Source: Lentisphaerota bacterium
Lineage (GTDB): Bacteria > Verrucomicrobiota > Lentisphaeria > Victivallales > UBA1829
Assembly (NCBI GenBank): GCA_015061915.1
Contig: SUVR01000002.1
Location: 60,670-124,669 of the forward strand
Direction of reading: 5' to 3'
Length of the DNA: 64,000 bases
Positions 1-9,633 of this stretch are shown piece by piece. The position numbers and the translations under genes are program-made. Positions within the stretch are counted from its first letter, which is position 1; the number at the start of each line of letters is the position of its first letter. The notes below the pieces were generated by a model. That model was not told where the DNA came from, did no database searches, and worked only from the letters and a program-made list of their open reading frames with translations.

Positions 1-366
1 GCAGAAAACAGGACACGGGCGCAGAACGGAAAACGGGTCGTTTTTGTGCTTTGGGACGATCCGTTAATGGTTGCAGGCAGCAGTACTCTTCCCGATACAG
101 CGATCACTCTCGCGGGGGGGATCAATGCCGCTGCCGGAGAAAAAGGATACCTCAAGTGTTCCCGGGAATTTCTGCTGCGATCAAAGCCGGATGTACTGGT
201 CTGGGCGGTGAACCGACCGTTTGCACAGGCATCAGAATTTCTCCGTGATCTGAATGTGCCGCAGGTCTATGAAGGCTTCGATTTGGATGCGCTGCTGCGG
301 CCCGGACCGCGTTTTCCCTCCGGCGTGGATGCGATGCGGAGTTTTCTGGAAAGGGCTGAAAAATGA
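1..366 (+). CDS. ABC-type iron-siderophore/cobalamin periplasmic substrate-binding protein, C-terminal fragment (gene begins upstream of window)
   Basis: Frame 1 is open from nt 1 to the TGA at 364-366. The tail (DVLVWAVNRPF...LLRPGPRFPSGV) looks like BtuF/FecB-type binding proteins. The stop overlaps the ATG of the next FecCD permease gene (ATGA at 363-366). Confidence 0.55.
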   Translation, partial: AENRTRAQNGKRVVFVLWDDPLMVAGSSTLPDTAITLAGGINAAAGEKGYLKCSREFLLRSKPDVLVWAVNRPFAQASEFLRDLNVPQVYEGFDLDALLRPGPRFPSGVDAMRSFLERAEK

Positions 367-1298
367 TCCGGAATCTGACCTATCTTCTGACGGCAGTGCT
401 GATTTTCGGTCTCGGATTGTGCGCAGGTTCATTCTGGATCGCCCCCGGAAGTTTTGAATTCTATCAACTGATCGTGGAGATGCGGGCATTGCGGATGACA
501 GCGGCATTCACGGTGGGCGGCTCTCTGGCGCTTTCCGGTCTGATCTTTCAGGCATTGTTGCGGAACCCGTTGGCTGAACCGTTTACGCTTGGTTTGAGCG
601 GCGGAGCGGCAGTCGGTGCGGCACTGGCATTTCTGACCGGTATTTACACGATCGGGCTCGCCGGAGTCAATCTTTGTGCATTCGCCGGAGCGATGGCAGT
701 GCTGGCATTTGTACTTGTGACCGCCCGCGGCAGCCGGGAGTCGCTGTTGCTGACAGGGGTCATCACCGGCACGATCATGTCCGGTCTGCTGATGTTTCTT
801 CTTTCCCGCGCAGAAAGCACGGAACAGCTTGCAGGGATCACCTGGTGGATGCTGGGCGATCTTCAGGCACCGGAGAAAACGCTTCTGACCGTCTGCGGGC
901 TTTTTCTGATCTGCGCCGCCATACTTGCCCGATTCTTTGCCGGCGATATGGATGCACTTTCGCTGGGAAGTTCCCAGGCACACGATCTGGGTATCCGGAG
1001 CAAACCGGTTCTGATTCTGATGACGACTCTTGCATCCCTGCTTGCTGCGGGGACCGTGGCGCTTGCCGGGATCATCGGCTTCTGCGGGCTTGTGATTCCG
1101 CATATCATCCGGCGACTGCACGGTCAGAGCCACCGGAAAACGGTACTTCCGGCAGTACTCGGCGGAGGAGTGTTTCTGATGCTGTGCGACATAATCTCCC
1201 GTCTGGGCGAGATCCGTGAGATCCCCATTGGCGTCATCACGGCATTAACAGGCGGGCCGTTCTTTCTCTGGCTGTTGAACCGGCGGAAAGGAGTTTGA
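363..1298 (+). CDS. FecCD-family ABC transporter permease (iron-siderophore/cobalamin type)
   Basis: 311-aa polytopic membrane ORF with BtuC/FecCD-like motifs (FTLGLSGGAAVGAALA, GIIGFCGLVIPHIIRRL, LTGGPFFLWLL). It is translationally coupled to both neighbours. Confidence 0.85.
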   Translation: MIRNLTYLLTAVLIFGLGLCAGSFWIAPGSFEFYQLIVEMRALRMTAAFTVGGSLALSGLIFQALLRNPLAEPFTLGLSGGAAVGAALAFLTGIYTIGLAGVNLCAFAGAMAVLAFVLVTARGSRESLLLTGVITGTIMSGLLMFLLSRAESTEQLAGITWWMLGDLQAPEKTLLTVCGLFLICAAILARFFAGDMDALSLGSSQAHDLGIRSKPVLILMTTLASLLAAGTVALAGIIGFCGLVIPHIIRRLHGQSHRKTVLPAVLGGGVFLMLCDIISRLGEIREIPIGVITALTGGPFFLWLLNRRKGV

Positions 1299-1300
1299 AT

Positions 1301-2026
1301 ATGCTCGCAGTCCATGATCTTTTCTTCCGTTATCAGAAAAAATCCCCGTTTCTTCTCTCCGGTCTTTCCTTCGAGCTGAAGGAAGGTGAACTGGTTATGC
1401 TGCTGGGAGCCAACGGGACCGGAAAAAGCACATTGCTCGGTTTATTGAACGGCAGATTGCAGCCGGACTCCGGCACTGTGACATTGAACGGAACGGCTCT
1501 CTCCTCACTTCCGGCACGGGATCGGGCAAAGTTGATTGCCACCGTCCATCAGCTTCCGGAGGAACTGCCCGGATTTACAGTGGCAGAGATGGTAATGCTG
1601 GGACGGACACCCTATCTATCCCGGCTGGGGAATCCTTCCGGTACAGACAGGGAAGTGGTCCGGGAGATATTGGATCTGCTGGAACTGTCCCCCCTTTCCG
1701 CACGGGATATGCGGCAGCTTTCCGGCGGCGAGCGTCAACGGGTGATGCTGGCGGCAGCTCTGGCACGGAAAACACCTTATCTTCTGCTGGATGAACCGAC
1801 AGCTGCTGCGGACCCGGCGCACCGGATCAGCCTGCTGCGTCTGTTGAAAAATCTTCCGTGGCATCCGGGTATTCTTACGATCACTCACGACATCACAGCG
1901 GCACAGGATTTTGCAGACCGTTACCTGCTTTTGGACAGCACCGGCAAGCTGGAAACAGCGTCAGCATTGAATGCGGAAAACATTACCCGTCTTTACGGAA
2001 AAGATGCGGTCTTTTTTCTGAAGTGA
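1301..2026 (+). CDS. ABC transporter ATP-binding protein (FecE/BtuD-like)
   Basis: Walker A GANGTGKST, signature LSGGERQRV and Walker B LLLDEPT are present. The ATG at 1301 is preceded by GGAAAGGAG. The track start at 1295 is a TTG. Confidence 0.85.
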   Translation: MLAVHDLFFRYQKKSPFLLSGLSFELKEGELVMLLGANGTGKSTLLGLLNGRLQPDSGTVTLNGTALSSLPARDRAKLIATVHQLPEELPGFTVAEMVMLGRTPYLSRLGNPSGTDREVVREILDLLELSPLSARDMRQLSGGERQRVMLAAALARKTPYLLLDEPTAAADPAHRISLLRLLKNLPWHPGILTITHDITAAQDFADRYLLLDSTGKLETASALNAENITRLYGKDAVFFLK

Positions 2027-2088
2027 CCTTGAAATCAGCTCCGGGAAGGAGTATTTTACAGAAATCGCAAAGAAAAGGTATCTGCCCG

Positions 2089-2580
2089 ATGAAATCCAAG
2101 TACAAACTTACTGTTTTTATTCTGCTGTTCATCGCCGCTTGTCTGGCGGTGTATCTGGTAGCGCAGATCATCATTCCCGAACCGATCGCAGAAAAGCTGA
2201 CCGATCTTGCCAATCCGCCCCATAATGCAGCAAAAAATCTGGTAGATGCCGCTCTGGACGGGGAACCGGATAAAGTCTGCGTACAGCTCTCTCATTCCAG
2301 CCGGAACAGGATCTTCCACAATGCCGCGCTTGCTGATAATGCCATCCTGCCGGAACAGGCGATGCAGAACTACACGGCAAAACTCCGGAGTCATTGCGAT
2401 GCAAAGATCCGCAATAAAATGTATTTCCTGATCCCGGCAAAAACCGTAACTCAGGATCAGGTACAATATACCGTCCGTTCCGGGACCGTCGGAAAACCGG
2501 GTTCGGATGTACTGGATATTACCGTACGGAAAGAAGAAGACGGAATCTGGCGCTGCGAACAGATTGTCAAACTTCAATAA
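2089..2580 (+). CDS. hypothetical membrane-anchored protein
   Basis: The ATG at 2089 gives MKSKYKLTVFILLFIAACLAVYLVAQ, an N-terminal TM/signal anchor. The upstream part of track ORF 1858-2580 overlaps the ATPase gene and is not credible. No recognisable family. Confidence 0.5.
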   Translation: MKSKYKLTVFILLFIAACLAVYLVAQIIIPEPIAEKLTDLANPPHNAAKNLVDAALDGEPDKVCVQLSHSSRNRIFHNAALADNAILPEQAMQNYTAKLRSHCDAKIRNKMYFLIPAKTVTQDQVQYTVRSGTVGKPGSDVLDITVRKEEDGIWRCEQIVKLQ

Positions 2581-2609
2581 AAACTCCATTAAACAATCAG
2601 GATTTTCTT

Positions 2610-4817
2610 ATGCACAGCAATGATCTTGCCTCTGCAAAATGGATCCGTTATCCCGGCGATCCCGGTGCGGACAATACCTATACCCTTTTCCATACAACAT
2701 TTCAGGCGGACACCACAAAAAAAATCGTGTTGCGGCTTTCCGTTGCGGGCAACTACGCCTGCCGCATCAACGGCAGACTGGCGGCGTTCGGACAGTACAC
2801 GGACTTTCCCGCAAACAAGACTTATTCCGAAACGGATGTGACCGGATGCTGTCAGAACGGCTGCAACACGGTGGAGATCACCACCTATTTCGGCAGCAAC
2901 CGTTTTTCTTCCCATCTGGACGGGGAACCGGGGCTGATCGCTGCATTTTTCAATGGAGGGGATGTGGTTGCAGCAAGTTCCGCCGACTGGCTCTGCACCC
3001 GGGATGAACACTATCTTGCCGGACCGGATGTGACGATCCTTTCCGGCTCGTTGAACTACTGCTGGATCTTTGATGCAAACCGTGATCCGGGAACAGACCG
3101 CTGGAACCACGCGGAAGAAATCGCATACCGTCCGGTACGGCCGCGCCCCACGCCGCCGGTCGTTATGAAAGATTTTATTCCCGGCAAACTCATCCGTCAG
3201 GGAAAACTGCTGCGGAACAGTCCGGAAGAACTGCATGGAAAGCTGTACGAAAGCGACATCCGGGACCCGGAAACAGAAAGCAACGGGACTTATTTTCTCT
3301 ACGATCTGGGCAAAGAATATGCGGGTCTTTTCGCCATGGAACTGACCGCATCCGCCGGGACCGTGCTGGACATCGCCCACGGGGAATATCTGACCGACGG
3401 CGATCATGTGCGGGGGATCATTTTTGCCCGCACATTTGTGGACCGGTACACTGCAAAAGAGGGCACACAGACTTTCACACATGTGGTGCGCCGCGCCGCC
3501 TGCCGCTATATCGAAGTCCATGTGACCGGAGGCGTGGCGGACATTCATAAGATCGGGCTGATCTCCACCGAACTGCCGGGAGAAAGTATGGCGACACCCC
3601 CGTATGTTACTGCCGACCCGTTCTTCATGAAAGCCCATGAGATCTCTGCGGAGACCCTGCGGCTCTGCCTGCACGAAAAGTACGAAAACTGCCCCTGGCG
3701 GGAGCAATCCATCTGCACCTACGACGCCCGGAACCAGATGCTGTTCGGGTACGGGTTCTGGGGCAATTACCGGTACGCTGACGCTATGATCCGTCTCTTC
3801 GGGGAAAGTCTGCGCCCGGATGGCTTCATTGCGGTGGCGGCACCCGGCGGACTGAAAATCAGTATTCCCTCCTATACCTTCCAATGGATGGCGGCGGTGT
3901 ATGAATACACCCTTTATTCCGGCGACGAACAACTCTTTGCCGACCTTGCCCCGCAGATCCGCAAGATGATTGAAACAATCCTCGCCCGGAAAGCGGCGAA
4001 CGGGCTGCATATCCCGCCGGAAGAACATCTTTGGAACTATTGCGAAGCCCCGGCGTTGGAAAATATGCCGTACCCGCCCAACGCGTTTTACAATCTCTAT
4101 CTGGCAGAAGCACTGGAAGATATGGGGCAGATCTTCGGCGGAGAATATGGAGAAAGTCTCACGCAGCACGCAGCAGAACTGCGGCAGATCTGCGTGGAAG
4201 TATTTTATGATCCGGCAACCGGTTTATACGCAGACCACATCACACCGGAAGGTATCCGGAAGCAGTTCCACGGTCACATTCAGATGCTTTTCCTCGCCTG
4301 TGATGGCGTGGATAAAATCCGGCTGATGAATGCCATTCTGGATGGGGAAGTTCCGTTTCCGGCGCTGGGGGCAGTGCCCTATCTTATCAAGTACATCTTC
4401 CGGTACGGTTCGGCGGCAGAACGGAAGAAGCTGCATGAAAAGATCAAAAGTCATTACGCCATCATGCTGGATTCCCAGACCTGGTGGGAAGTCATCGACG
4501 GCATCCGGTACGGCGCCGGCAGCGGTTCGCTCTGTCACGGCTGGAGCGCGGCGCCCGCGTTCTACGATTCTTCATACATCCTCGGGATCACGCCCCTCAC
4601 ACCGGGTTACCGCACGTTCCGGTTCAGCCCCTATTCCGGCGGCATGGACCACGCCTCCGGCACGGTGGCAACGCCCCACGGAACGATCACGGTCTCCTGG
4701 CAGAAAACAGCTGAAGGTCTGAAAGCAGAACTGACCGTTCCCTCCGGTTGTGAAGCAGTCCTTATGCCCTATCCGGAAGAACCGGTGGCAGAACTTATCC
4801 TGCACCGGATCGAGTGA
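2610..4817 (+). CDS. six-hairpin glycoside hydrolase, alpha-L-rhamnosidase (GH78)-like
   Basis: 735 aa. The N-terminus (AKWIRYPG...) and the C-terminal GSLCHGWSAAPAFY motif resemble bacterial GH78 rhamnosidases. No signal peptide. The family assignment is from memory only. Confidence 0.55.
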   Translation: MHSNDLASAKWIRYPGDPGADNTYTLFHTTFQADTTKKIVLRLSVAGNYACRINGRLAAFGQYTDFPANKTYSETDVTGCCQNGCNTVEITTYFGSNRFSSHLDGEPGLIAAFFNGGDVVAASSADWLCTRDEHYLAGPDVTILSGSLNYCWIFDANRDPGTDRWNHAEEIAYRPVRPRPTPPVVMKDFIPGKLIRQGKLLRNSPEELHGKLYESDIRDPETESNGTYFLYDLGKEYAGLFAMELTASAGTVLDIAHGEYLTDGDHVRGIIFARTFVDRYTAKEGTQTFTHVVRRAACRYIEVHVTGGVADIHKIGLISTELPGESMATPPYVTADPFFMKAHEISAETLRLCLHEKYENCPWREQSICTYDARNQMLFGYGFWGNYRYADAMIRLFGESLRPDGFIAVAAPGGLKISIPSYTFQWMAAVYEYTLYSGDEQLFADLAPQIRKMIETILARKAANGLHIPPEEHLWNYCEAPALENMPYPPNAFYNLYLAEALEDMGQIFGGEYGESLTQHAAELRQICVEVFYDPATGLYADHITPEGIRKQFHGHIQMLFLACDGVDKIRLMNAILDGEVPFPALGAVPYLIKYIFRYGSAAERKKLHEKIKSHYAIMLDSQTWWEVIDGIRYGAGSGSLCHGWSAAPAFYDSSYILGITPLTPGYRTFRFSPYSGGMDHASGTVATPHGTITVSWQKTAEGLKAELTVPSGCEAVLMPYPEEPVAELILHRIE

Positions 4818-4919
4818 TTTTCTTCATATCTGGACTGCAATCTTTCATAAAAAATCGCCTTGAAATTCTGTCGATGGGTGCATATAGTATTCCCGTCAAA
4901 CAGAAAGGAGATTTACTTT

Positions 4920-6590
4920 ATGGATATTATGAAAGAGTTTCAGGCACGGAAGTTCGGTATGTTCATCCATTGGGGCGCATACGCCGTTCTGGGTGGACGT
5001 TACAAAGGGGAAGTGATGACGGAGATCGGGGAATGGGCGCAGTCCTACTTCCGGATCCCCAATGAGGAATACGCACAGATTGCCGCCACCTTCAACCCGG
5101 AAAAGTTCGATGCAGATGAATGGATGCGCAAAGCTGCCGCCGCCGGGATCAAATATATTGTCTTCACATCCAAGCACCATGACGGCTTCTGTATGTATGA
5201 CACGGCATATTCGGATTACAGCATTGTGAAGCATACGAAGTTCGGGCGCGACCCGCTGAAAGAACTGCAGCACGCCTGCGAAAAATACGGTATCAAGCTG
5301 GGGATCTACTACTCCCAGTATCTGGACTGGCACGAAGAACACGGAGGCGATCCCGGCGATTCCCATACAAAAAATGTGGCAGGGATGAGCTGGGGAAACG
5401 ACTGGGATTTTCCCCATACCGATCAGAAAGATTTTGAGATCTTCTTCCGTAACAAAGTCGTTCCGCAAGTCACGGAGCTGCTGACCAATTACGGCACGAT
5501 CTGGGAGTTCTGGTTCGATACCCCCATCGCCCAGGAGGCAAAATACAGCCGGGAACTGCGGGATCTGGTCAAACGCCTTCAGCCCCAATGCCTTATCAAC
5601 AGCCGGATCGGTCACGGTTGTCAGGACTTCATCGGGCTCGGCGACAACTGGATGCGTCACGGGAAGATGGATCTGGTGATCGAAGCCGCCGGAACCCTCA
5701 ACCGGACCTGGGGATTCAAGTTTGATGACCACGATTGGCTCAAGCCGGAACAGGTCATCAACACGCTGGTTTCTCTCACCGAAAATAATGCAAATTACCT
5801 GATGAATGTGGGACCGATGCCGGATGGTACGTTCACCCCGGAAACAGACCATATTCTCCAACAGATCGCCAACTGGATCGAAGACAAAAAAGATGCGATC
5901 CACGGTTCAGAACCATCCCCCTTCCCCCAAATCCTGCCGGACGCTTACTCCACTGTCAAAGGCAACCGGCTGAACTTGTTTCTCCGCAATGAGATGGAAC
6001 GTATGCTGCTTGCCGGGATCAACACAAAGATCTCTGCAGCAAGTGTTCCATTCCGGCAGGATGATTGCGGCAATGTGACGCTGGATCTGAAAGGCGTCTC
6101 CGGCTTTCTGCCGCTGGTCTCGCTGGATTTTGACGGCAAACCGGAGATCAGTCAGACCCTCACTGTGCAGAACGGTTCCATGCACCTTTTTATGGACTCC
6201 GGGATCTATGTGCCGGACACCCCGCCGTATGTCCTGTATGACGGCACCGCCGGCGACTGGAAAAAGCCGGAAGGAGCCATCCGCTGGGAAGTGGAAATTC
6301 CTGCCGCCGGGACTTTTGATGTGCTTCTCAAAGTCCAGACCGGTTATCTGGGACCGTGGAGCGGCGACCGGGTCATGGCGCTGGCTTTGGATGAAACACA
6401 GGAAGTCTCCGCCGACCTGAACAACGGCGAAGAAACGCCGCATCCGTACTGTACGATCCGGACCGTAAAGCTGGGCACGTTTCACATTGCAGAACCGGGC
6501 AGAAAGCTTTTGACGCTCCGTACTCTTTCCATCGGGGATGATGCAGCTGCAAACCTGCGGATAGCCTCGCTGATCCTGATCCGGCAGTAA
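4920..6590 (+). CDS. alpha-L-fucosidase (GH29)
   Basis: GH29 hallmarks FGMFIHWGAYAVLGG and HHDGFCMYDT are present. The ATG at 4920 is preceded by AAAGGAG. No signal peptide. Confidence 0.8.
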   Translation: MDIMKEFQARKFGMFIHWGAYAVLGGRYKGEVMTEIGEWAQSYFRIPNEEYAQIAATFNPEKFDADEWMRKAAAAGIKYIVFTSKHHDGFCMYDTAYSDYSIVKHTKFGRDPLKELQHACEKYGIKLGIYYSQYLDWHEEHGGDPGDSHTKNVAGMSWGNDWDFPHTDQKDFEIFFRNKVVPQVTELLTNYGTIWEFWFDTPIAQEAKYSRELRDLVKRLQPQCLINSRIGHGCQDFIGLGDNWMRHGKMDLVIEAAGTLNRTWGFKFDDHDWLKPEQVINTLVSLTENNANYLMNVGPMPDGTFTPETDHILQQIANWIEDKKDAIHGSEPSPFPQILPDAYSTVKGNRLNLFLRNEMERMLLAGINTKISAASVPFRQDDCGNVTLDLKGVSGFLPLVSLDFDGKPEISQTLTVQNGSMHLFMDSGIYVPDTPPYVLYDGTAGDWKKPEGAIRWEVEIPAAGTFDVLLKVQTGYLGPWSGDRVMALALDETQEVSADLNNGEETPHPYCTIRTVKLGTFHIAEPGRKLLTLRTLSIGDDAAANLRIASLILIRQ

Positions 6591-6617
6591 AAAACTCTTT
6601 TATTTATAAAAGGGCGT

Positions 6618-6645
6618 TTGCAATTTTGTCAAAGGGCTGTATATT
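6618..6645 (+). promoter_or_regulatory. putative sigma70-type promoter of rpsA (TTGCAA-N16-TATATT)
   Basis: TTGCAA at 6618-6623 and TATATT at 6640-6645, about 75 nt upstream of the rpsA ATG. Sequence pattern only. Confidence 0.3.
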
Positions 6646-6721
6646 AAATGCTGTTCGCATCTCCGTATGGGGATGGAGGTTTTTCGTAACAAGTCAAACT
6701 TAACCGAAAAGAAAACAAAAA

Positions 6722-8473
6722 ATGACGACGAAAAAAGAAATCGCGCCGGAAGCACCGGCACTGAAGAGCTACGTGGATGACAGCTTTACTGGCACCATGG
6801 CAGATCTTCTGAGTGGCAAAAACGAAGCCAAGAGTGAATTTGCAACCGAAACGATCGTGCACGGCAAGATCGTTGAAAAGCGTCCGGACTCTGTCCTGAT
6901 CGATATCGGTTACAAGGCGGAAGGTGAAGTTCCGGCTTCCGAATTCCGTAATTGGGAAGAAATCCAGGTCGGCGACGAAGTGGATGTGTTCCTGGAAGAA
7001 ATTGAAAACGAACGTAACATGCCCGGCATCAGCTTCATCAAGGCGAACTCCATCAAGTCCTGGCAGAAGATTACGTCTGAATACGGCGAAGGCAGCATCA
7101 TCAAGGGTCTCATGAAGCATCGCGTCAAAGGCGGTATCATCATCGACCTGTGCGGCATCGAAGCATTCCTCCCCGGCAGCCAGATCGATATCGGCCCGGT
7201 GAAGAACATGGACGATTTCATCGGCAAAGAATACGATTTCAAGATCCTGAAGATCAACCAGGATCGCCGCAACATCGTGGTTTCCCGCCGCGAACTGCTG
7301 GAAGAATCCCGCAAGGACCGCAGAGCTTCCCTCCTCAAGGAAATGGAAGTCGGTCAGCTGCGTAAGGGCTCCGTCAAGAACATCACGGACTTCGGTGCAT
7401 TCATCGATCTCGGCGGTGTGGACGGCCTGCTGCACATCACGGATATGAGCTGGGGCAGAATCTCCCACCCGAACGAAATGCTGGAAGTCGGTCAGGAAAT
7501 CGAAGTGATGATCCTGGACATCGACAATGCCAAGGAACGTGTCTCCCTCGGTCTCAAGCAGAAGAGCCACAATCCGTGGGACGATGTGGAAGCCAAGTAC
7601 GCGATCGGCAGCGTTGTCAAGGGTCACGTGGTCAACATTATGCCTTACGGTGCGTTCGTGGAAATCGAACAGGGCGTCGAAGGTCTGATCCACGTCTCCG
7701 AAATGAGCTGGACCAAGCGCGTCACCAAGGCTGGCGATGTGGTCAGCGTTGGCGAAGAAGTGGAAGCTGTTGTTCTTGACATCGACAAAAAAGGCAAGAA
7801 GATCAGCCTCGGTCTCCGTCAGAAGACCCGCAATCCGTGGGAAGTTCTGGCTGAAAAGTATCCGGTCGGCAGCAAGATCCACGGCAAAGTCCGCAACATG
7901 ACCAGCTACGGTGCATTCGTTGAAATCGAAAACGATATCGACGGTATGATCCACGTCTCCGATATGAGCTGGACCCGCAAGATCAACAACCCGAACGAAG
8001 TTCTCAAAGTCGGCGACGAAGTCGATGCCGTTATCCTGGACATCGATCCGCAGCAGCAGAGAATCAGCCTCGGCCTCAAGCAGACCGAAGTTGACCCCTG
8101 GTCCGACATCGAAACCTTCTACAAGATCGGCGAAGTTGTCAAGGGCAAAGTCACCAAGATCACTGCGTTCGGCGCATTTATCGAACTCTCCCACAAGATC
8201 GACGGTCTGGTCCACATTTCCCAGATCAGCAAGGATCGCGTGGAAAAAGTCAAAGATAAACTGCAGCTCAACGATGAGATCGAAGCCCGCGTCATCAAGA
8301 TCGACAAGGACGAACGCCGCATTGGGCTCAGCATCAAGGCTCTGGATGAAGACTTCTCCGAAGACGACATCAAGGCTGCCGGTGAAGAAGTTGCCGCTGC
8401 TCTCCGTCCCGGTGAAGACCTGGGCGATATGAGCCAGATCTTCGGCGCTCTCGACGGTCTCAAAGAAGACTGA
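6722..8473 (+). CDS. rpsA: 30S ribosomal protein S1
   Basis: 583 aa with six S1 (OB-fold) repeats. The motif G.V..I..FGAF(V/I)(D/E)(L/I)..G(V/I)(D/E)GL(I/L)H(I/V)S(D/E/Q) recurs through the protein. Confidence 0.95.
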   Translation: MTTKKEIAPEAPALKSYVDDSFTGTMADLLSGKNEAKSEFATETIVHGKIVEKRPDSVLIDIGYKAEGEVPASEFRNWEEIQVGDEVDVFLEEIENERNMPGISFIKANSIKSWQKITSEYGEGSIIKGLMKHRVKGGIIIDLCGIEAFLPGSQIDIGPVKNMDDFIGKEYDFKILKINQDRRNIVVSRRELLEESRKDRRASLLKEMEVGQLRKGSVKNITDFGAFIDLGGVDGLLHITDMSWGRISHPNEMLEVGQEIEVMILDIDNAKERVSLGLKQKSHNPWDDVEAKYAIGSVVKGHVVNIMPYGAFVEIEQGVEGLIHVSEMSWTKRVTKAGDVVSVGEEVEAVVLDIDKKGKKISLGLRQKTRNPWEVLAEKYPVGSKIHGKVRNMTSYGAFVEIENDIDGMIHVSDMSWTRKINNPNEVLKVGDEVDAVILDIDPQQQRISLGLKQTEVDPWSDIETFYKIGEVVKGKVTKITAFGAFIELSHKIDGLVHISQISKDRVEKVKDKLQLNDEIEARVIKIDKDERRIGLSIKALDEDFSEDDIKAAGEEVAAALRPGEDLGDMSQIFGALDGLKED

Positions 8474-8511
8474 GTCAGCCACGGAACTCCGGCAGAAAGG
8501 CAAAACAGATC

Positions 8512-9633
8512 ATGACGGACGATCTCTGCGAACAGATGGCTTTTTCCTTCTTCAAGGAAATTGAGGTGGATAAAAAAACGCCTGCCATTGAACGGGATTT
8601 CGATACCGAAGAAGATGCTCTTTTTGCTCTGCTGGAGTCCAAAAATGACGAGCAACAACTGCCTCCGGAAGAAACACCTTCCGGAGAGCAGTTTTTTTCT
8701 GCCTCTGAAGAGGAGGAAACCGAAACTGAAATTGATGCAGCCGCCGATCAGATCATTGCAAATCTGGATGCTGAATTTGCCATCAACACCGCTACCGGAG
8801 ATTTCACACAGGAGATCGCCGATACCGTTGCTGAAGTCGAAGCAGAGGAAGAAGAAGCGATTGAAGAAACAGTCGTCACCATCCGGAGAAAAAATGCGTT
8901 TCCCGAATTGACGGAACAGCACCTCCGCCGGGCGGCACTTGGTTTTCTTGCCACGCTGAAACCGGAAAGCCTCGGTTTGAATTTTCCCTCCGGTATCGCA
9001 CGGATCAAAGTGGATGCCGGTGCCTATTTCTTCGGTCCCGGCAGAACCCCGGTCGTGGATCGTACCATTGCTGTTGTGACCTGTATTGATCGGAATAAAT
9101 GCTGGATCGATGCCTCCCTCAAAGCTGATCTCTTGGAAATGCTGACCAAAGCACAGGAAGAAAAGGCCGCTTTGGAAGAAGAACTGAAAGTCCGGGAGCC
9201 GGATCTGAAAGATGATTCCCTCTTCCCTGAAGCACAGATCTGGGATTTCAGCCGCGCAAGAAGCAGAAAATATAAATCCTGCCTCAAGAAGATCGAAAAG
9301 CTGGAATACTCCATCTACCACGGCAGCAAGTTTGAGCGTATGATGTTTGAACAGTTGGCAGATGAATTTTATCTGGTTGTTCCTGCCGGTCTCATCACCG
9401 CTGCAGAACTGCCCGAAGAATGGGGGCTGGTCTATGTGGCAGAGGATTTCTCAACAACCGTGATCCGGGAAGCAAAGAAATGCGAATGTCCGCAGGAAAA
9501 ACGGACCATTTTCGCCCTGCGCGCTGCTGCATCCGGGTACGGCGACCTGCTTTTTGCAAACGGTATTTCCATCACGAAAGATGGAACATCACGTTTCCAC
9601 CTGCCCCCGAAACGCCGCAAGGCATATTGCTGA
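8512..9633 (+). CDS. hypothetical protein with strongly acidic N-terminal half
   Basis: 373-aa ORF with an ATG start 39 nt after rpsA. Residues about 30-125 are D/E-rich. The C-terminal half is mixed alpha/beta. No family recognised with confidence. Confidence 0.55.
   Translation: MTDDLCEQMAFSFFKEIEVDKKTPAIERDFDTEEDALFALLESKNDEQQLPPEETPSGEQFFSASEEEETETEIDAAADQIIANLDAEFAINTATGDFTQEIADTVAEVEAEEEEAIEETVVTIRRKNAFPELTEQHLRRAALGFLATLKPESLGLNFPSGIARIKVDAGAYFFGPGRTPVVDRTIAVVTCIDRNKCWIDASLKADLLEMLTKAQEEKAALEEELKVREPDLKDDSLFPEAQIWDFSRARSRKYKSCLKKIEKLEYSIYHGSKFERMMFEQLADEFYLVVPAGLITAAELPEEWGLVYVAEDFSTTVIREAKKCECPQEKRTIFALRAAASGYGDLLFANGISITKDGTSRFHLPPKRRKAYC

Noticed and set aside
6644-8503. 619-aa ORF on the minus strand opposite rpsA. 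Similar long antisense ORFs lie opposite other well-supported genes: 2589-4169(-), 14466-15809(+), 15839-17113(+), 20389-21762(+), 21874-22950(+), 22895-24148(+), 25163-27115(+), 27575-29701(+), 32876-34996(-), 37601-38902(-), 39445-40638(-), 41555-43012(-), 48374-50074(+), 49929-51599(+), 51473-53383(+), 54878-56530(-) and 57855-60455(-).
   Set aside because: These are mirror-frame ORFs, typical of GC-rich coding DNA. Their translations are low-complexity (rich in R, H, G, F, D and V) with no recognisable motifs. The opposite strand in every case encodes a protein with clear family signatures and proper RBS and operon structure.
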